Assembly (NCBI GenBank): GCA_963748015.1
Contig: CAVVHE010000004.1
Coordinates: forward strand, 192,001 to 256,000
Direction: 5' to 3'
Source: Terriglobia bacterium
Lineage (GTDB): Bacteria; Acidobacteriota; Polarisedimenticolia; Polarisedimenticolales; JAIQFR01
DNA: 64,000 nt
The notes beneath the pieces were generated by a model that had not been told where the DNA came from, searched no databases, and worked only from the letters and a program-made list of their open reading frames with translations. The position numbers were made by a program, and so were the translations under genes. The number at the start of each line of letters is the position of its first letter. Position 1 is the stretch's first letter. Positions 1 to 9,382 of the stretch are shown piece by piece.

Positions 1-110
1 CGGATTCCTCCTTCGAGCGGTCACCGGAATCCCCCCAAGGCTCGGCAGGACCATCGGCCACGGCGCCGGCTCCGACCTTCGGCCGTCGCGCGCTCTCGTC
101 TGACCGCCTC

Positions 111-140
111 TATTTACCACCAGCCGTTGCCGCCGGTCAA
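111..140 (-). promoter_or_regulatory. Putative sigma70 promoter for a divergent gene starting just left of the window
   Basis: Minus strand TTGACC-18nt-TAAATA with TG extension; AGGAGG Shine-Dalgarno on minus strand at about 7-12. Confidence 0.45.
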
Positions 141-245
141 CGAAAGATGCAAAACGTCCAGAGTCCGACAACTCCGCGGGAAGCGGACGGCGTGCGGCCG
201 TCGACGGCCGGGCAGCCCTCACGTTATAGTGCCGCCGCGAGCCGC

Positions 246-300
246 TAGGAGCCGGTCCGAGTCATCCCGCGGCCCGCGGGATCACTCGGACCGGCTCCTA
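246..300. repeat. 55-bp near-perfect palindrome in the lpxC upstream region
   Basis: TAGGAGCCGGTCCGAGT-C-ATCCCGCGG-C-CCGCGGGAT-C-ACTCGGACCGGCTCCTA; 26 of 27 positions pair. Confidence 0.9.
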
Positions 301-318
301 CGCCGGAGGTATCGTCCG

Positions 319-1209
319 GTGCATCGACGTCAGACGCTTGCCAGGGCCGCCGAAGTGCGCGGAATCGGACTGCATTCCGGTGCCCCGGTTCGGATGCGGC
401 TGATCCCCGCCGAGGCCGACCACGGCGTGGTATTCGTCCGGACCGACATGCGGGCCTTCGAGATTCCGGCCACCCTCGACCACGCGGGGCCGAGCTTCTA
501 CGCCACCGTCCTGCAGAAGGAGGGGGTCACGATCAGCACGGTGGAGCACCTGATGGCGGCGCTCTACGCCCTGCAGATCGACGATCTCCGCGTAGAGCTC
601 GACGGCCCGGAGGTTCCGATTCTCGACGGCTCGTCGCGGCTGTTCGTCGAGGCGATCCTCGACGCCGGAACCATCGAGCATTCGGTCCCCCGGCTCTACC
701 TGACCGTGGTCCGTCCGGTGATCGTCACCCACGAGGAGAAGCGGATCGGCGTCTACCCCTGCGGCGAGTACCGCGTCACGTACGCCATCGAGTTCCCCCA
801 GCCGGGTCTCGGCTACCAGGAGCTGACCGCCAGCCTGTGGGGAGCGGAGGCGTTCGCCGAGAAGCTCGCGCCGGCGAGGACGTTCACGTTCGAGAGCGAG
901 GTGGAGGCGCTGCGCAGGGCGGGCCTCGCCCGCGGCGGGTCGCTCGAGAACGCCGTGGTGATCGGCGCCGAAGGGTTGCTCAACAAGGAAGGGCTCCGTT
1001 TTCCCGACGAGTTCGTCCGCCACAAGATGCTGGATCTCACCGGCGACCTTTCGCTCATCGGCCGGCCCCTGCGGGGGCACGTGGTCGCCTACCGGGCCGG
1101 GCACGATCTCCACGCCCGTCTCGCGCGACGGATCCTCGAGCGCTCCGACTGCTGGTTCCTCGCGCCGTGGTCGGAGGAGATCCCGGAACCCAAGGTCGCG
1201 GGCTCCTAG
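319..1209 (+). CDS. lpxC: UDP-3-O-acyl-N-acetylglucosamine deacetylase
   Basis: RQTL..GIGLHSG N-terminus, TVEHLMAAL, PILDGS, ARTF, RHKMLD, GH motifs; GTG at 319 with GGAGGT RBS at 305-310. Confidence 0.97.
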   Translation: MHRRQTLARAAEVRGIGLHSGAPVRMRLIPAEADHGVVFVRTDMRAFEIPATLDHAGPSFYATVLQKEGVTISTVEHLMAALYALQIDDLRVELDGPEVPILDGSSRLFVEAILDAGTIEHSVPRLYLTVVRPVIVTHEEKRIGVYPCGEYRVTYAIEFPQPGLGYQELTASLWGAEAFAEKLAPARTFTFESEVEALRRAGLARGGSLENAVVIGAEGLLNKEGLRFPDEFVRHKMLDLTGDLSLIGRPLRGHVVAYRAGHDLHARLARRILERSDCWFLAPWSEEIPEPKVAGS

Positions 1210-3411
1210 ATGGCGCTGACGCGGCTGACGGCGCGCTGGACGCTGCTGGCGGCACTCCTGCTGGCGGCCATCTGGGGCATCGTCAAGGCCTTCCAGCGTT
1301 TCTCCGCGGAGGAGGAGGCCTTCGCGGCCAACCAGCTCGTCCTGCCGGTCCTGGTCATGGCCATCGTGGTGGTGGCCCTCGCCCTCGCGGGGGTCCTGAT
1401 CCGAAACCTCGTTCGCCTCATCCTCGATCGAAAGCGCGGCATCCTGGGGTCCAAGCTTCGCGCCAAGCTGGTCTTCTTCTTCCTGGCGTTCGTCCTGCTT
1501 CCCGCCCTGGTGCTCTTCTACGGATCGGCCGCGGTGATCAGGACCAGCGTGGACGCGATGGTTCGGACGCCGGTGGAGGACGTGACGCGCGGGGCGAGAG
1601 AGATCGTCGACGAATGGACGGAAGCGACGAAGGCGCAGTGCCGCCAGCTCGCGGTCTACGCCGCCTCCGAGGCCGGGCGGATCGGGACGGCGGATCCCGC
1701 CAGGCGCGGGGAGGTCGCGGCGCTTGCCGAGCGCTGGCTCAGCCGGGAATCGCTCGATCTCGTGGTGGTGTTCGCGGGCGGCACGCAGGTCGCTCGGGCG
1801 GTGGATTCCGAGCTGCTCGCCATGGGGGTCCCCACGGAGAGCGTGATCGCGCTCTCCCGCGCCCTGGCGCTCGAGGCGGTCGTGAAGGACGGCTCGGCGA
1901 CCGCGGTCGACGGCGTGGGCGACGGGCTCCTCGTGCAGGCCGCGGTTCCCGTTCCGGCCGCGCCGGGCGAGGAGGGAAGGCCGAGGAGCGCTCTCGTGGT
2001 GGGGACGTTCCTCTCCAAGAACCTCGCGGCCAGGATGGCCCAGATCACCTCCGGCGCCGAAGTCTATCGGCGATTCCGCACCCAGCGCCGCGATGTCGTC
2101 CGGCTCTACCGCGCGCTGATCGGGTTGATCCTCCTCGCGACCGGGTTCGTCGCCACGTGGATCGGGTTCTACCTCTCCCGCCGGATCACCGAGCCGATCC
2201 AGGAGCTCGCGGCCGCCGCGAGGGAGATCTCCTCGGGGAATCTCGGCGTCAGGGTCCGCGCGACCGCGGGGGACGAGGTCGGGATGCTCGTCGAGGCGTT
2301 CAACGAGATGGCGGCGCAGCTCCAGGAGAGCCGGGAGGTGATCACGCGCTCCACGGCGGACCTCCGCCGGTCGAACCAGGCGCTCGACGAGCGGCGGCGC
2401 TACATCGAGACGCTCGTCGCCAACCTCTCGACCGCCGTGATCTCGCTCGACCGCACCGGAAAGGTGACGACCGCGAACCCGGCGGCCGCGAGGATCCTCG
2501 GCATCGACCTTTCCGCCGGTGAAGAGTTCCGCGCCAGGCTCGACCTGCCCGGGCTGGAGCGGCTCAGGGAGCTCACGGAGGCCGTCGCGCGGCGGCCCGG
2601 CGACACCCCGCCGAGAGAGATCGACCTGAACCGAGGGGGGCAGCGCGTATCGGTTTCCGTCCAGTTCGCCCCGCTCCGGGGAGGGCAGGGGGAGGACCTC
2701 GGTACGCTGGTGATGGTGGAGGATCTCACCGAGCTGCTGCGCGCTCAGCGCGCCGCGGCCTGGCGGGAGGTCGCCCGCCGGATCGCCCACGAGATCAAGA
2801 ACCCGCTGACGCCGATCCACCTCGCGGTGCAACGGCTCAGGAAGAAGTACCGGGAGGGGGCGCCCGACCTCGCGGAGGTCGTCGAGGACTCGACCGCCGC
2901 GGTCGAGAGGGAGGTCGGCGCGCTCAAGGATCTCGTGGACGAGTTCTCCCGCTTCGCGAGGATGCCCGAGCCGAACCTCCGCCCGGTGGACTTCCGCGAG
3001 ATCATCGACGCGGTCCTCGCGCTGTACGGCGGCGTCCAGGGCGTGCGGTGGGAAGTGGAGACCTCTCCCGACCTCGGCATCGTGCGGGTGGACGGGGAGC
3101 AGATGCGGCGCGCGCTGATCAACCTGATCGACAACGCGCTCACCGCCATGGGAGGGAGCGGCACGATCCGCATCGCGGCTCGCTCCTCGGCGGGCCCCGG
3201 GTCGCTTCGGCTCGAGCTCGCCGACACGGGACCGGGCATACCACCCGGAGATCGCGACCGGCTCTTCCTGCCGTACTTCTCCACGAAGCGGCGGGGAACG
3301 GGGCTGGGCCTCGCCATCGTGCACCGGGTCGTGACGGATCATCAGGGGAGCATTCGGGTCGAGGACAACCTCCCGCACGGGGCGCGCTTCGTGATCGAGA
3401 TTCCGAGCTGA
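1210..3411 (+). CDS. NtrY-like sensor histidine kinase (TM, HAMP, PAS, HisKA, HATPase)
   Basis: AWREVARRIAHEIKNPLTPI H-box typical of NtrY; HAMP ITEPI..DEVG..FNEM; NLIDNA, DTGPG, GTGLGL. Confidence 0.93.
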   Translation: MALTRLTARWTLLAALLLAAIWGIVKAFQRFSAEEEAFAANQLVLPVLVMAIVVVALALAGVLIRNLVRLILDRKRGILGSKLRAKLVFFFLAFVLLPALVLFYGSAAVIRTSVDAMVRTPVEDVTRGAREIVDEWTEATKAQCRQLAVYAASEAGRIGTADPARRGEVAALAERWLSRESLDLVVVFAGGTQVARAVDSELLAMGVPTESVIALSRALALEAVVKDGSATAVDGVGDGLLVQAAVPVPAAPGEEGRPRSALVVGTFLSKNLAARMAQITSGAEVYRRFRTQRRDVVRLYRALIGLILLATGFVATWIGFYLSRRITEPIQELAAAAREISSGNLGVRVRATAGDEVGMLVEAFNEMAAQLQESREVITRSTADLRRSNQALDERRRYIETLVANLSTAVISLDRTGKVTTANPAAARILGIDLSAGEEFRARLDLPGLERLRELTEAVARRPGDTPPREIDLNRGGQRVSVSVQFAPLRGGQGEDLGTLVMVEDLTELLRAQRAAAWREVARRIAHEIKNPLTPIHLAVQRLRKKYREGAPDLAEVVEDSTAAVEREVGALKDLVDEFSRFARMPEPNLRPVDFREIIDAVLALYGGVQGVRWEVETSPDLGIVRVDGEQMRRALINLIDNALTAMGGSGTIRIAARSSAGPGSLRLELADTGPGIPPGDRDRLFLPYFSTKRRGTGLGLAIVHRVVTDHQGSIRVEDNLPHGARFVIEIPS

Positions 3412-3419
3412 GGGAAAAC

Positions 3420-4709
3420 GTGGACAAGGAAAGAATCCTGGTGGTGGACGACGAGCCGGGAGTCCGCTCCGCATTGCGGGCGATCCTCCGGGACGAGGGG
3501 TACTCGGTCGTCGTCGTGGCCTCGGGCGAGGAGGCGATCGAGGCGTTCGGCACGGAGACGTTCGACGCGGTGCTGCTCGACGTCTGGCTCCCCGGAATCG
3601 ACGGCCTCGAGACCCTCGTGCGGCTGAGGGAGCAGCGCCACGACGCCGAGGTCGTGCTGATCTCCGGCCACGGGAACATCGAGACCGCGGTGCGCGCGAC
3701 CAAGCTCGGGGCGTTCGATTTCGTCGAGAAGCCGCTGTCGCTCGAGAAGACGCTCCTGGTGCTGCGGAACGCGCTGCGCCAGAGACGGCTCGAGCAGCGG
3801 AACCGCCGCCTCCTCGAGCAGCTGGTCGTCGATACCGACCTCCTCGGCGTGAGTCCGGCGGTCGCGCAGCTGCGGGCGGAAGTCGCCGCGGCGGCGGCGG
3901 TGGATTCCCCGGTTCTCGTCTGCGGAGAGCGCGGCACGGGAAGGGAGAACGTTGCCCGGAGGATCCACGGCGGTGGCAGAAGGGCGGGCGAGGCGTTCGT
4001 GCACGTACCGTGCGCCGCGCTGGACGCGGCGGCCGCGGCCGACGCGCTCTTCGGCGCCGGCACGCCCGGTCGTATCGCCCTCGCTCATCGAGGGACCCTG
4101 TTCCTCGAGGATGCGGACCGGCTCGACCCGCGGCTCCAGGCCAGGCTGGTCCCCCGGATCGACGTCCGGCCCGAGGCGGGGCCGGATGTGCGGTGGATCG
4201 CGAGCACGGGTCCCGACCCCTCGGGCATCGAGCCCTCCCTGCGCGAATGTCTCGATGTGATCCGCATCCGCGTCCCGGCGCTCAGGGACCGCCGGGAGGA
4301 CATCCCGCTGCTCGCGGAGCGTTTCATGCGCGGGCTCGCGCGCGAGTACGGGCGGCCGGAGAGGAGGTTCGCCCCCGCTTGCCTCGCGGCCCTGACCCGG
4401 GGGAGCTGGGACGGGAACGTGAGGGAGCTTCGCAATCTCGTGGAGCGGCTGCTTCTGCTTTCGCCGGGGGCCACCGTGGAGGCGTCGGACCTGCCCGGGG
4501 AGCTGGGCGGAACGGGGGAGCCGGCCGACGATCTCTATCGGGCTTTCGAAAGCCTCGAGGAGGGGCTCCTGGTCTTCGAGCGCCACGCCATCCGTCGCGC
4601 GCTACAAGAGGCCCAGGGAGATCTGGAGGCGGCCGCGAACCGGCTGCGGCTCGAGACGCCGGAGCTCGTGCGGAGAATGGGTATTCTGGGGATCGCCCGC
4701 TCTCAGTGA
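3420..4709 (+). CDS. NtrX-like response regulator (REC, degenerate AAA+, HTH)
   Basis: ILVVDDE/LLDVWLP receiver; GERGTGRE, WDGNVRELRN; no GAFTGA; GTG start 8 nt after kinase stop. Confidence 0.9.
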   Translation: MDKERILVVDDEPGVRSALRAILRDEGYSVVVVASGEEAIEAFGTETFDAVLLDVWLPGIDGLETLVRLREQRHDAEVVLISGHGNIETAVRATKLGAFDFVEKPLSLEKTLLVLRNALRQRRLEQRNRRLLEQLVVDTDLLGVSPAVAQLRAEVAAAAAVDSPVLVCGERGTGRENVARRIHGGGRRAGEAFVHVPCAALDAAAAADALFGAGTPGRIALAHRGTLFLEDADRLDPRLQARLVPRIDVRPEAGPDVRWIASTGPDPSGIEPSLRECLDVIRIRVPALRDRREDIPLLAERFMRGLAREYGRPERRFAPACLAALTRGSWDGNVRELRNLVERLLLLSPGATVEASDLPGELGGTGEPADDLYRAFESLEEGLLVFERHAIRRALQEAQGDLEAAANRLRLETPELVRRMGILGIARSQ

Positions 4710-5347
4710 CGCTGGCGAGCGGGCCGATCCCGGCCGGACTCGGCCGGGGATCCGGCCCCGCAGGATCTCCGGCAGATCGACCAGGTCGCGATTCCCACCA
4801 GCATCCCCGCGGTCAGGACGGCGGCCGCGGCGAACAGGCCGGCCAGGCCGAGGCGGATGCCGGCCCCGGAGGGCAGAAGCCGGGAGGGCAGAGCTACGGC
4901 CGCCTGCATGATCATCGCGGCCGCGGCTCCGGCGAGCTGCCCGAGTCCGTCGAGGAGACGCGATCCTCCCTCGAGGTCGAGCCTCGAAACCAGCGTGACC
5001 GGCCCCGACGGGGCGGGGAACGCGAGCAGCCGGAAGGCTGCGGCCCCGCCGAGGGAAACGAGCGCGACGAGGCCGGCGAGCCGGAGGCCTCGCCGGCGAG
5101 GTCGAGAGGCGGCGGGAGGCGGGCCCGCCGGCAGCGCCGCCATGACGAGTCTCGAGAACTCGTCGTCCACCGAGACCGCGTCGCCGAGCCCTTCGAGCGC
5201 TTCGTGGAGCCTGCGCTCGCGGGCCAGGACGATCTTGCAGGCCGTGCACGCGGCGACGTGGCGGGCGATGCCCAGGGCTTCCGCGGGGTCCGCCTCGCCT
5301 TCGGCGAATCTCGACACGAGCGAACGGAAGTGCTCGCAGTTCTTCAC
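4703..5347 (-). CDS. Membrane-anchored zinc-binding anti-sigma factor (ZAS, zf-HC2)
   Basis: N-terminal C..HxxxCxxC (HVAACTAC), hydrophobic TM segments, directly downstream of ECF sigma. Confidence 0.85.
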   Translation of the reverse strand: MKNCEHFRSLVSRFAEGEADPAEALGIARHVAACTACKIVLARERRLHEALEGLGDAVSVDDEFSRLVMAALPAGPPPAASRPRRRGLRLAGLVALVSLGGAAAFRLLAFPAPSGPVTLVSRLDLEGGSRLLDGLGQLAGAAAAMIMQAAVALPSRLLPSGAGIRLGLAGLFAAAAVLTAGMLVGIATWSICRRSCGAGSPAESGRDRPARQRH

Positions 5348-5348
5348 G

Positions 5349-5987
5349 CTAGTACCCCGGCTCCAGGACGTCGGCGAGCTGGCATTTCAGCATCTCTCGG
5401 GCACGGAAGATCCTGTTCTTCACCGTTCCGATCGGGAGCCGCGTGATCCGGGCGATCTCGTCGTAGCGGCAGTGCTGCTTGTGCCGCAAGAGGATCAGCT
5501 GCCGGTATGCCACCGGCAGGGCCGCGATCGCCTTGTCGAGCCTGCCCTCGATCTCCCGCAGCCTCAGAACCTCGTCCGGCGTGGGATCGTGCCCGCACAG
5601 CCCCGAATCCGCGGGCACGCGGTCTCCATCCCCCTGTCCGAGGTCGATCGCGTACGTGCGGAGCTGCTTCTTCCTCATCTGGTCGATGGCGCAGTTCGAC
5701 GCGATCCGGTACAGCCAGGTGGTGAACCGGTACTTCGGATCGAACGACGAGAGCGAAACATAGACCTTGATGAACACTTCCTGCGCGAGGTCCATCGCCC
5801 CGTCCCGGGCTCCCGTCAGCCGGTGCAGGTAGTTGAGCAGCGGCTTCTGGTGGCGTCGCACCAGCAGCTCGAAGGCCTCGCGGTGCCCGTCGAGCGCGAG
5901 ATCCACGAGGGTCTCGTCCGGAGTCGAGTCGGCGGCCCCGGTACCCGGAGCCCGTTTCGGGCGGATAGCCTTGCCGGTGGAACTCAA
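5349..5987 (-). CDS. ECF RNA polymerase sigma factor (SigW/RpoE-like)
   Basis: DLAQEVFIK, FTTWLYRIASN, YDEIA..PIGTVKNRIFRAR; TTG at 5987 with GAGGGG RBS. Confidence 0.93.
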   Translation of the reverse strand: MSSTGKAIRPKRAPGTGAADSTPDETLVDLALDGHREAFELLVRRHQKPLLNYLHRLTGARDGAMDLAQEVFIKVYVSLSSFDPKYRFTTWLYRIASNCAIDQMRKKQLRTYAIDLGQGDGDRVPADSGLCGHDPTPDEVLRLREIEGRLDKAIAALPVAYRQLILLRHKQHCRYDEIARITRLPIGTVKNRIFRAREMLKCQLADVLEPGY

Positions 5988-6045
5988 ATACAGCCCCTCG
6001 CTGTCCCGGCTCGCCTGCCGCGCACCCCGGGCCCAGGATGGGTAA

Positions 6046-6071
6046 TACGCCGCACCCCCTCCCCAGGTTTC
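6046..6071 (-). promoter_or_regulatory. Putative ECF-type autoregulatory promoter
   Basis: Minus strand GAAAC-N17-CGTA upstream of the ECF gene, similar to SigW/SigM-type promoters. Confidence 0.55.
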
Positions 6072-6246
6072 GTCGCGGACGGCGTAATCGAAGGATACCA
6101 TTCCCCGCCCGTCCGCGCAGGGGCCCTCGGGCGCCTCGAAACGGAGGCACGGGCACGAATCGAGCCGTGCCATGTTACGATTCCTCCCGCACCGGAGCGC
6201 GAGCGGGCCAAGCTTCGCGACCGGGCTCTCCGGGAGGAGTGTGGGG

Positions 6247-7464
6247 GTGGCGGCGCAACGCGTTTCCGAACGAACTCGCCAGAAGCTGCTTGCCCTCCTG
6301 AAGGGCGACCATCCGGATCCCGGCAGGTTCGTGAGCCGTCTCCGGGAGGTCAGGACGCTCGACGACGTCCACGCCTTCGCCGGGGCGGTCCGCCTTCTCG
6401 TCAATCTGGACCTGGGGGAGGCCGAGGCCGAGGCGGTTCTCGGGGAGGTGCTGAGACACCGCGAGGCCATGACCTCGGCCCTCGGAAGGGATCCCGGGCT
6501 CAGGGTGGCGGCGGTGGACTACCTCTCCAACGTGGACCGCCGGCTCGTGAACCCCAAGATTCTCGAGATGTCGGAGTTCGAGCGCACGGAGCGATCGGCC
6601 GCGACCGATCCCCTCACGCGGCTCTACAACCGCCGGTTCTTCCGCGAAGCTCTCGATCGCGAGGTGCGCCGCGGCCGACGCTACGGTCTCAGCCTCTCGC
6701 TCGCCATGCTGGACCTCGACGACTTCAAGAAGATCAACGACGTGTACGGGCATCTCTTTGGCGACGTTGTGCTCCAGCGAGTCGCCAGGCTGGTCCGGCG
6801 ATCGATCCGGGAGGCGGACGTGGCCTGCCGGTACGGCGGGGAGGAGATCGCGGTCATTCTCCCCGAGACCGACCGGCTCGGGGCCAACGCGGTCGCCACG
6901 AGGATCCGGGGTCGCGTCGAAACCTCGTTTCGCGAGGAGCCGACGGGAGGGCGTACCGTGCCCCTCACGCTCTCCGGCGGGATCGCGACGTACCCCGACG
7001 ACGGCCTCGAGCCGGAGGTGCTCGTCGCCCGAGCGGACGAGGCCCTGTACATCGCGAAGCGCGAGGGCAAGAACTGCATCACGCTCCATCACCGGGAGCG
7101 GCGGCGTTGGGTCCGCTACCCCGCGCGTCCCGAGGCGCGGATCCGGATGGAGTGCGGAAGGGAACGAGCGGGCCAGCCGGCGATGGCGGTGAACCTGAGC
7201 CGCAGCGGCGCGCTGCTCGAGACGAGCGGCCCGCACCCGCCGGCCTCCCCGATCGTGCTGTTCATGGGGCGCGACGGGGACGGTGACCGGGACCGCGACT
7301 GGGTGGTCCGGGGACGCATCGTCAGGGTCGAGCCGAGGTCGCCCGCGACCGAAGGTTTCCGCGTCGGCGTGGCGTTCGACCAGCCGGTCCCCGAGGAGTG
7401 CCTCCTCGTTCAGGCGGCGGCGGTGAGGCATCCCCTTCGCGCCGCGCGGGGAGCCGGCCGGTGA
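6247..7464 (+). CDS. Diguanylate cyclase with intact GGEEI site and C-terminal PilZ domain
   Basis: DPLTRLYNRR, DLDDFKKIND, READ I-site, RYGGEEI; PilZ RRRWVR and NLSRSG; GGAGGAG RBS. Confidence 0.92.
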   Translation: MAAQRVSERTRQKLLALLKGDHPDPGRFVSRLREVRTLDDVHAFAGAVRLLVNLDLGEAEAEAVLGEVLRHREAMTSALGRDPGLRVAAVDYLSNVDRRLVNPKILEMSEFERTERSAATDPLTRLYNRRFFREALDREVRRGRRYGLSLSLAMLDLDDFKKINDVYGHLFGDVVLQRVARLVRRSIREADVACRYGGEEIAVILPETDRLGANAVATRIRGRVETSFREEPTGGRTVPLTLSGGIATYPDDGLEPEVLVARADEALYIAKREGKNCITLHHRERRRWVRYPARPEARIRMECGRERAGQPAMAVNLSRSGALLETSGPHPPASPIVLFMGRDGDGDRDRDWVVRGRIVRVEPRSPATEGFRVGVAFDQPVPEECLLVQAAAVRHPLRAARGAGR

Positions 7465-8702
7465 TCACCCACGAGGAGGCCGCGCGGCTCAAGGACCAGC
7501 TCCTGGCGGTTCTCGCGGAGGACGCCCAGAACACCGAGAGGCTTCTCGCGAGGCTCGATACCCTGACCCGGGAGACCGGGGTCTCGGCCCACGCCGCGCT
7601 GCTCCTCATCCTGACCCACCTCGCCTTCGAGGACACGCAGGCGAGACGCCATTGGGAGACGGTCCTCGCGCACCGGGAGGCGATGGCCTCCGCGATGGGG
7701 CGGGATCCCGGGCTTCGGGTCGCGCTGCTCGACTACTTCGTGAACGTCAACCGGAGACTCGCGCAACCCGTTCTCATCGACCTCGAGATGTTCGAGGCCG
7801 GTCCGCGGGGCGCCTCGACGGATCCGCTGACCGGTCTCGCCAACGACCGCGTGTTCCGCGGCGCGCTGCAGAACGAGCTGCGCCGAGCCAAGAGGTACGG
7901 GCTCGCGGTTCCGGTGGTTCTCTTCGACCTCGACGACTTCGCGAGGGTCAATCGCGAGTTCGGCGAACTGGTGGGCGATCGCATCCTGCGGGAGATCGGG
8001 ATCCTCCTGCACAACAAGATCCGGGACATCGATCTCGCCGCCCGGCCGGGAGAGGACGAGATGGCGCTGATCCTTCCCGAGACCGACCGGAACGGCGCCT
8101 ACCTGGTCGCCGAGCGCTTCCGGTGGGAGGTCGAATCCCACTACTCGCGCCGGGAAGCCGGGGGGCGCCCCCTGGGGCTCACGATCTCCGCCGGGGTGGC
8201 GTGCTACCCCGACGACGCGGCCGCGCCCGACGAGCTGCTCAACCGGGCGGCCCAGGCGCTCTACCGGGCCAAGGCCGAGGGGAAGAACGCGGTCCAGTCC
8301 TACCAGCCCGAGCGCCGCCGATTCCTGAGGTTCGACCTCGATCCGGAGCGGATCGAGGTCGAGGTGCTCGCGCCGAGGGATCTCGGCCGGGCCGTGGCCC
8401 GGAACCTCGGCCGCAGCGGCATCGTCTTCGCCAGCCCCGAGCCGCTCGAGGTAGGCGAGGAGATCGAGATCCGGCTGACCGGCCCGCGGACGGCGGGCGG
8501 CGCCGGCCCGGTCCGCATGCGGGGCCGCGTCGTGCGCCTCGAGGAGATACCCGAGGCGGCGGGAATCGAGAGCGACGACCCGGCGGCCGCCGAGCGGTTC
8601 GAGATCGGGGTGGCGTTCGACGCGGACCGGACGGGGACCGAGCAGGACCTGTCGGCGTTTCTCGAGAGGGCGCAAGCCGAGCGAGTCGCGAGACGTCCGT
8701 GA
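7461..8702 (+). CDS. GGDEF-PilZ paralogue with degenerate active site
   Basis: DPLTGL, DLDDFARVN, RDID I-site, RPGEDEM in place of RxGGEEF; PilZ RRRFLR and NLGRSG; GTGA overlap with upstream gene. Confidence 0.9.
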   Translation: MITHEEAARLKDQLLAVLAEDAQNTERLLARLDTLTRETGVSAHAALLLILTHLAFEDTQARRHWETVLAHREAMASAMGRDPGLRVALLDYFVNVNRRLAQPVLIDLEMFEAGPRGASTDPLTGLANDRVFRGALQNELRRAKRYGLAVPVVLFDLDDFARVNREFGELVGDRILREIGILLHNKIRDIDLAARPGEDEMALILPETDRNGAYLVAERFRWEVESHYSRREAGGRPLGLTISAGVACYPDDAAAPDELLNRAAQALYRAKAEGKNAVQSYQPERRRFLRFDLDPERIEVEVLAPRDLGRAVARNLGRSGIVFASPEPLEVGEEIEIRLTGPRTAGGAGPVRMRGRVVRLEEIPEAAGIESDDPAAAERFEIGVAFDADRTGTEQDLSAFLERAQAERVARRP

Positions 8703-9382
8703 GCCGGATCGTCGCGGTGGACACCTCGTGCTGGTGGGGTGGGGTGGCCCTGCTCGAGGACACGCCCGCCGGCGCGTCGCGGTTGGTCGCGGAGGCCGGC
8801 CTCCTCGTGAGCGACTCTCACGCCGCGCACACCCTCGCGCTCCTGGGTGCGCTGCTGGCCGAGGCCGGCTGGGCCCGTTCGGATGTGGACGCCTACGCCG
8901 CGACGCGGGGGCCCGGGTCGTTCACCGGGATTCGCGTCGGTCTCGGCAGCGTCCGCGGTCTCGGGCTGGCGTCGTCGCGTCCTTGCATCGGCATCGCCAC
9001 GCTCGAGGCGATGGCCGAGGCCTTCGGCCCGGCTGCCGCGGAAAGGGTGCCCCTCATCTCCGCCGGGCGCGGAGAGGTCTTCGGCGCGAGGTACGACGCC
9101 GCGTCCTCTCCTCCCGGCGAGATCGTCGGACCGTGGCTCGGCCCGCCGGAGCGTGCGCTGGCGGGAGGCGAAGGGGAGCCGGTCCTCTTCGGTCCCGGTG
9201 CCGAGGACGCGGCCGCGGCGCTTCGCGCGGCCGGCTGGAGCGGCCGCTCCGGCCGAACGCCGACGTCGGTCGCGGCCGCCGCGGGCCGTCTGGCTCTGCT
9301 CCGCCTGCGAGCGGGAGCGCTCGACGGGGAGGGGCTCTCGCCGCTCTACCTGCGCCCGCCGGATGCGGAGCTCTTGGCGTGA
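8699..9382 (+). CDS. tsaB: tRNA threonylcarbamoyladenosine biosynthesis protein TsaB
   Basis: IVAVDTS, SHA, GPGSFTGIRVG, PLYLR; frame of ORF 7652..9382. Confidence 0.93.
   Translation: MSRIVAVDTSCWWGGVALLEDTPAGASRLVAEAGLLVSDSHAAHTLALLGALLAEAGWARSDVDAYAATRGPGSFTGIRVGLGSVRGLGLASSRPCIGIATLEAMAEAFGPAAAERVPLISAGRGEVFGARYDAASSPPGEIVGPWLGPPERALAGGEGEPVLFGPGAEDAAAALRAAGWSGRSGRTPTSVAAAAGRLALLRLRAGALDGEGLSPLYLRPPDAELLA

Noticed and set aside
4720..4760. Hairpin at the junction of the regulator and anti-sigma genes as a third copy of the three-way element
   Set aside because: Simple imperfect hairpin lacking the CCT, CGGAGCRAG and GCGT junctions; more likely a terminator for convergent genes
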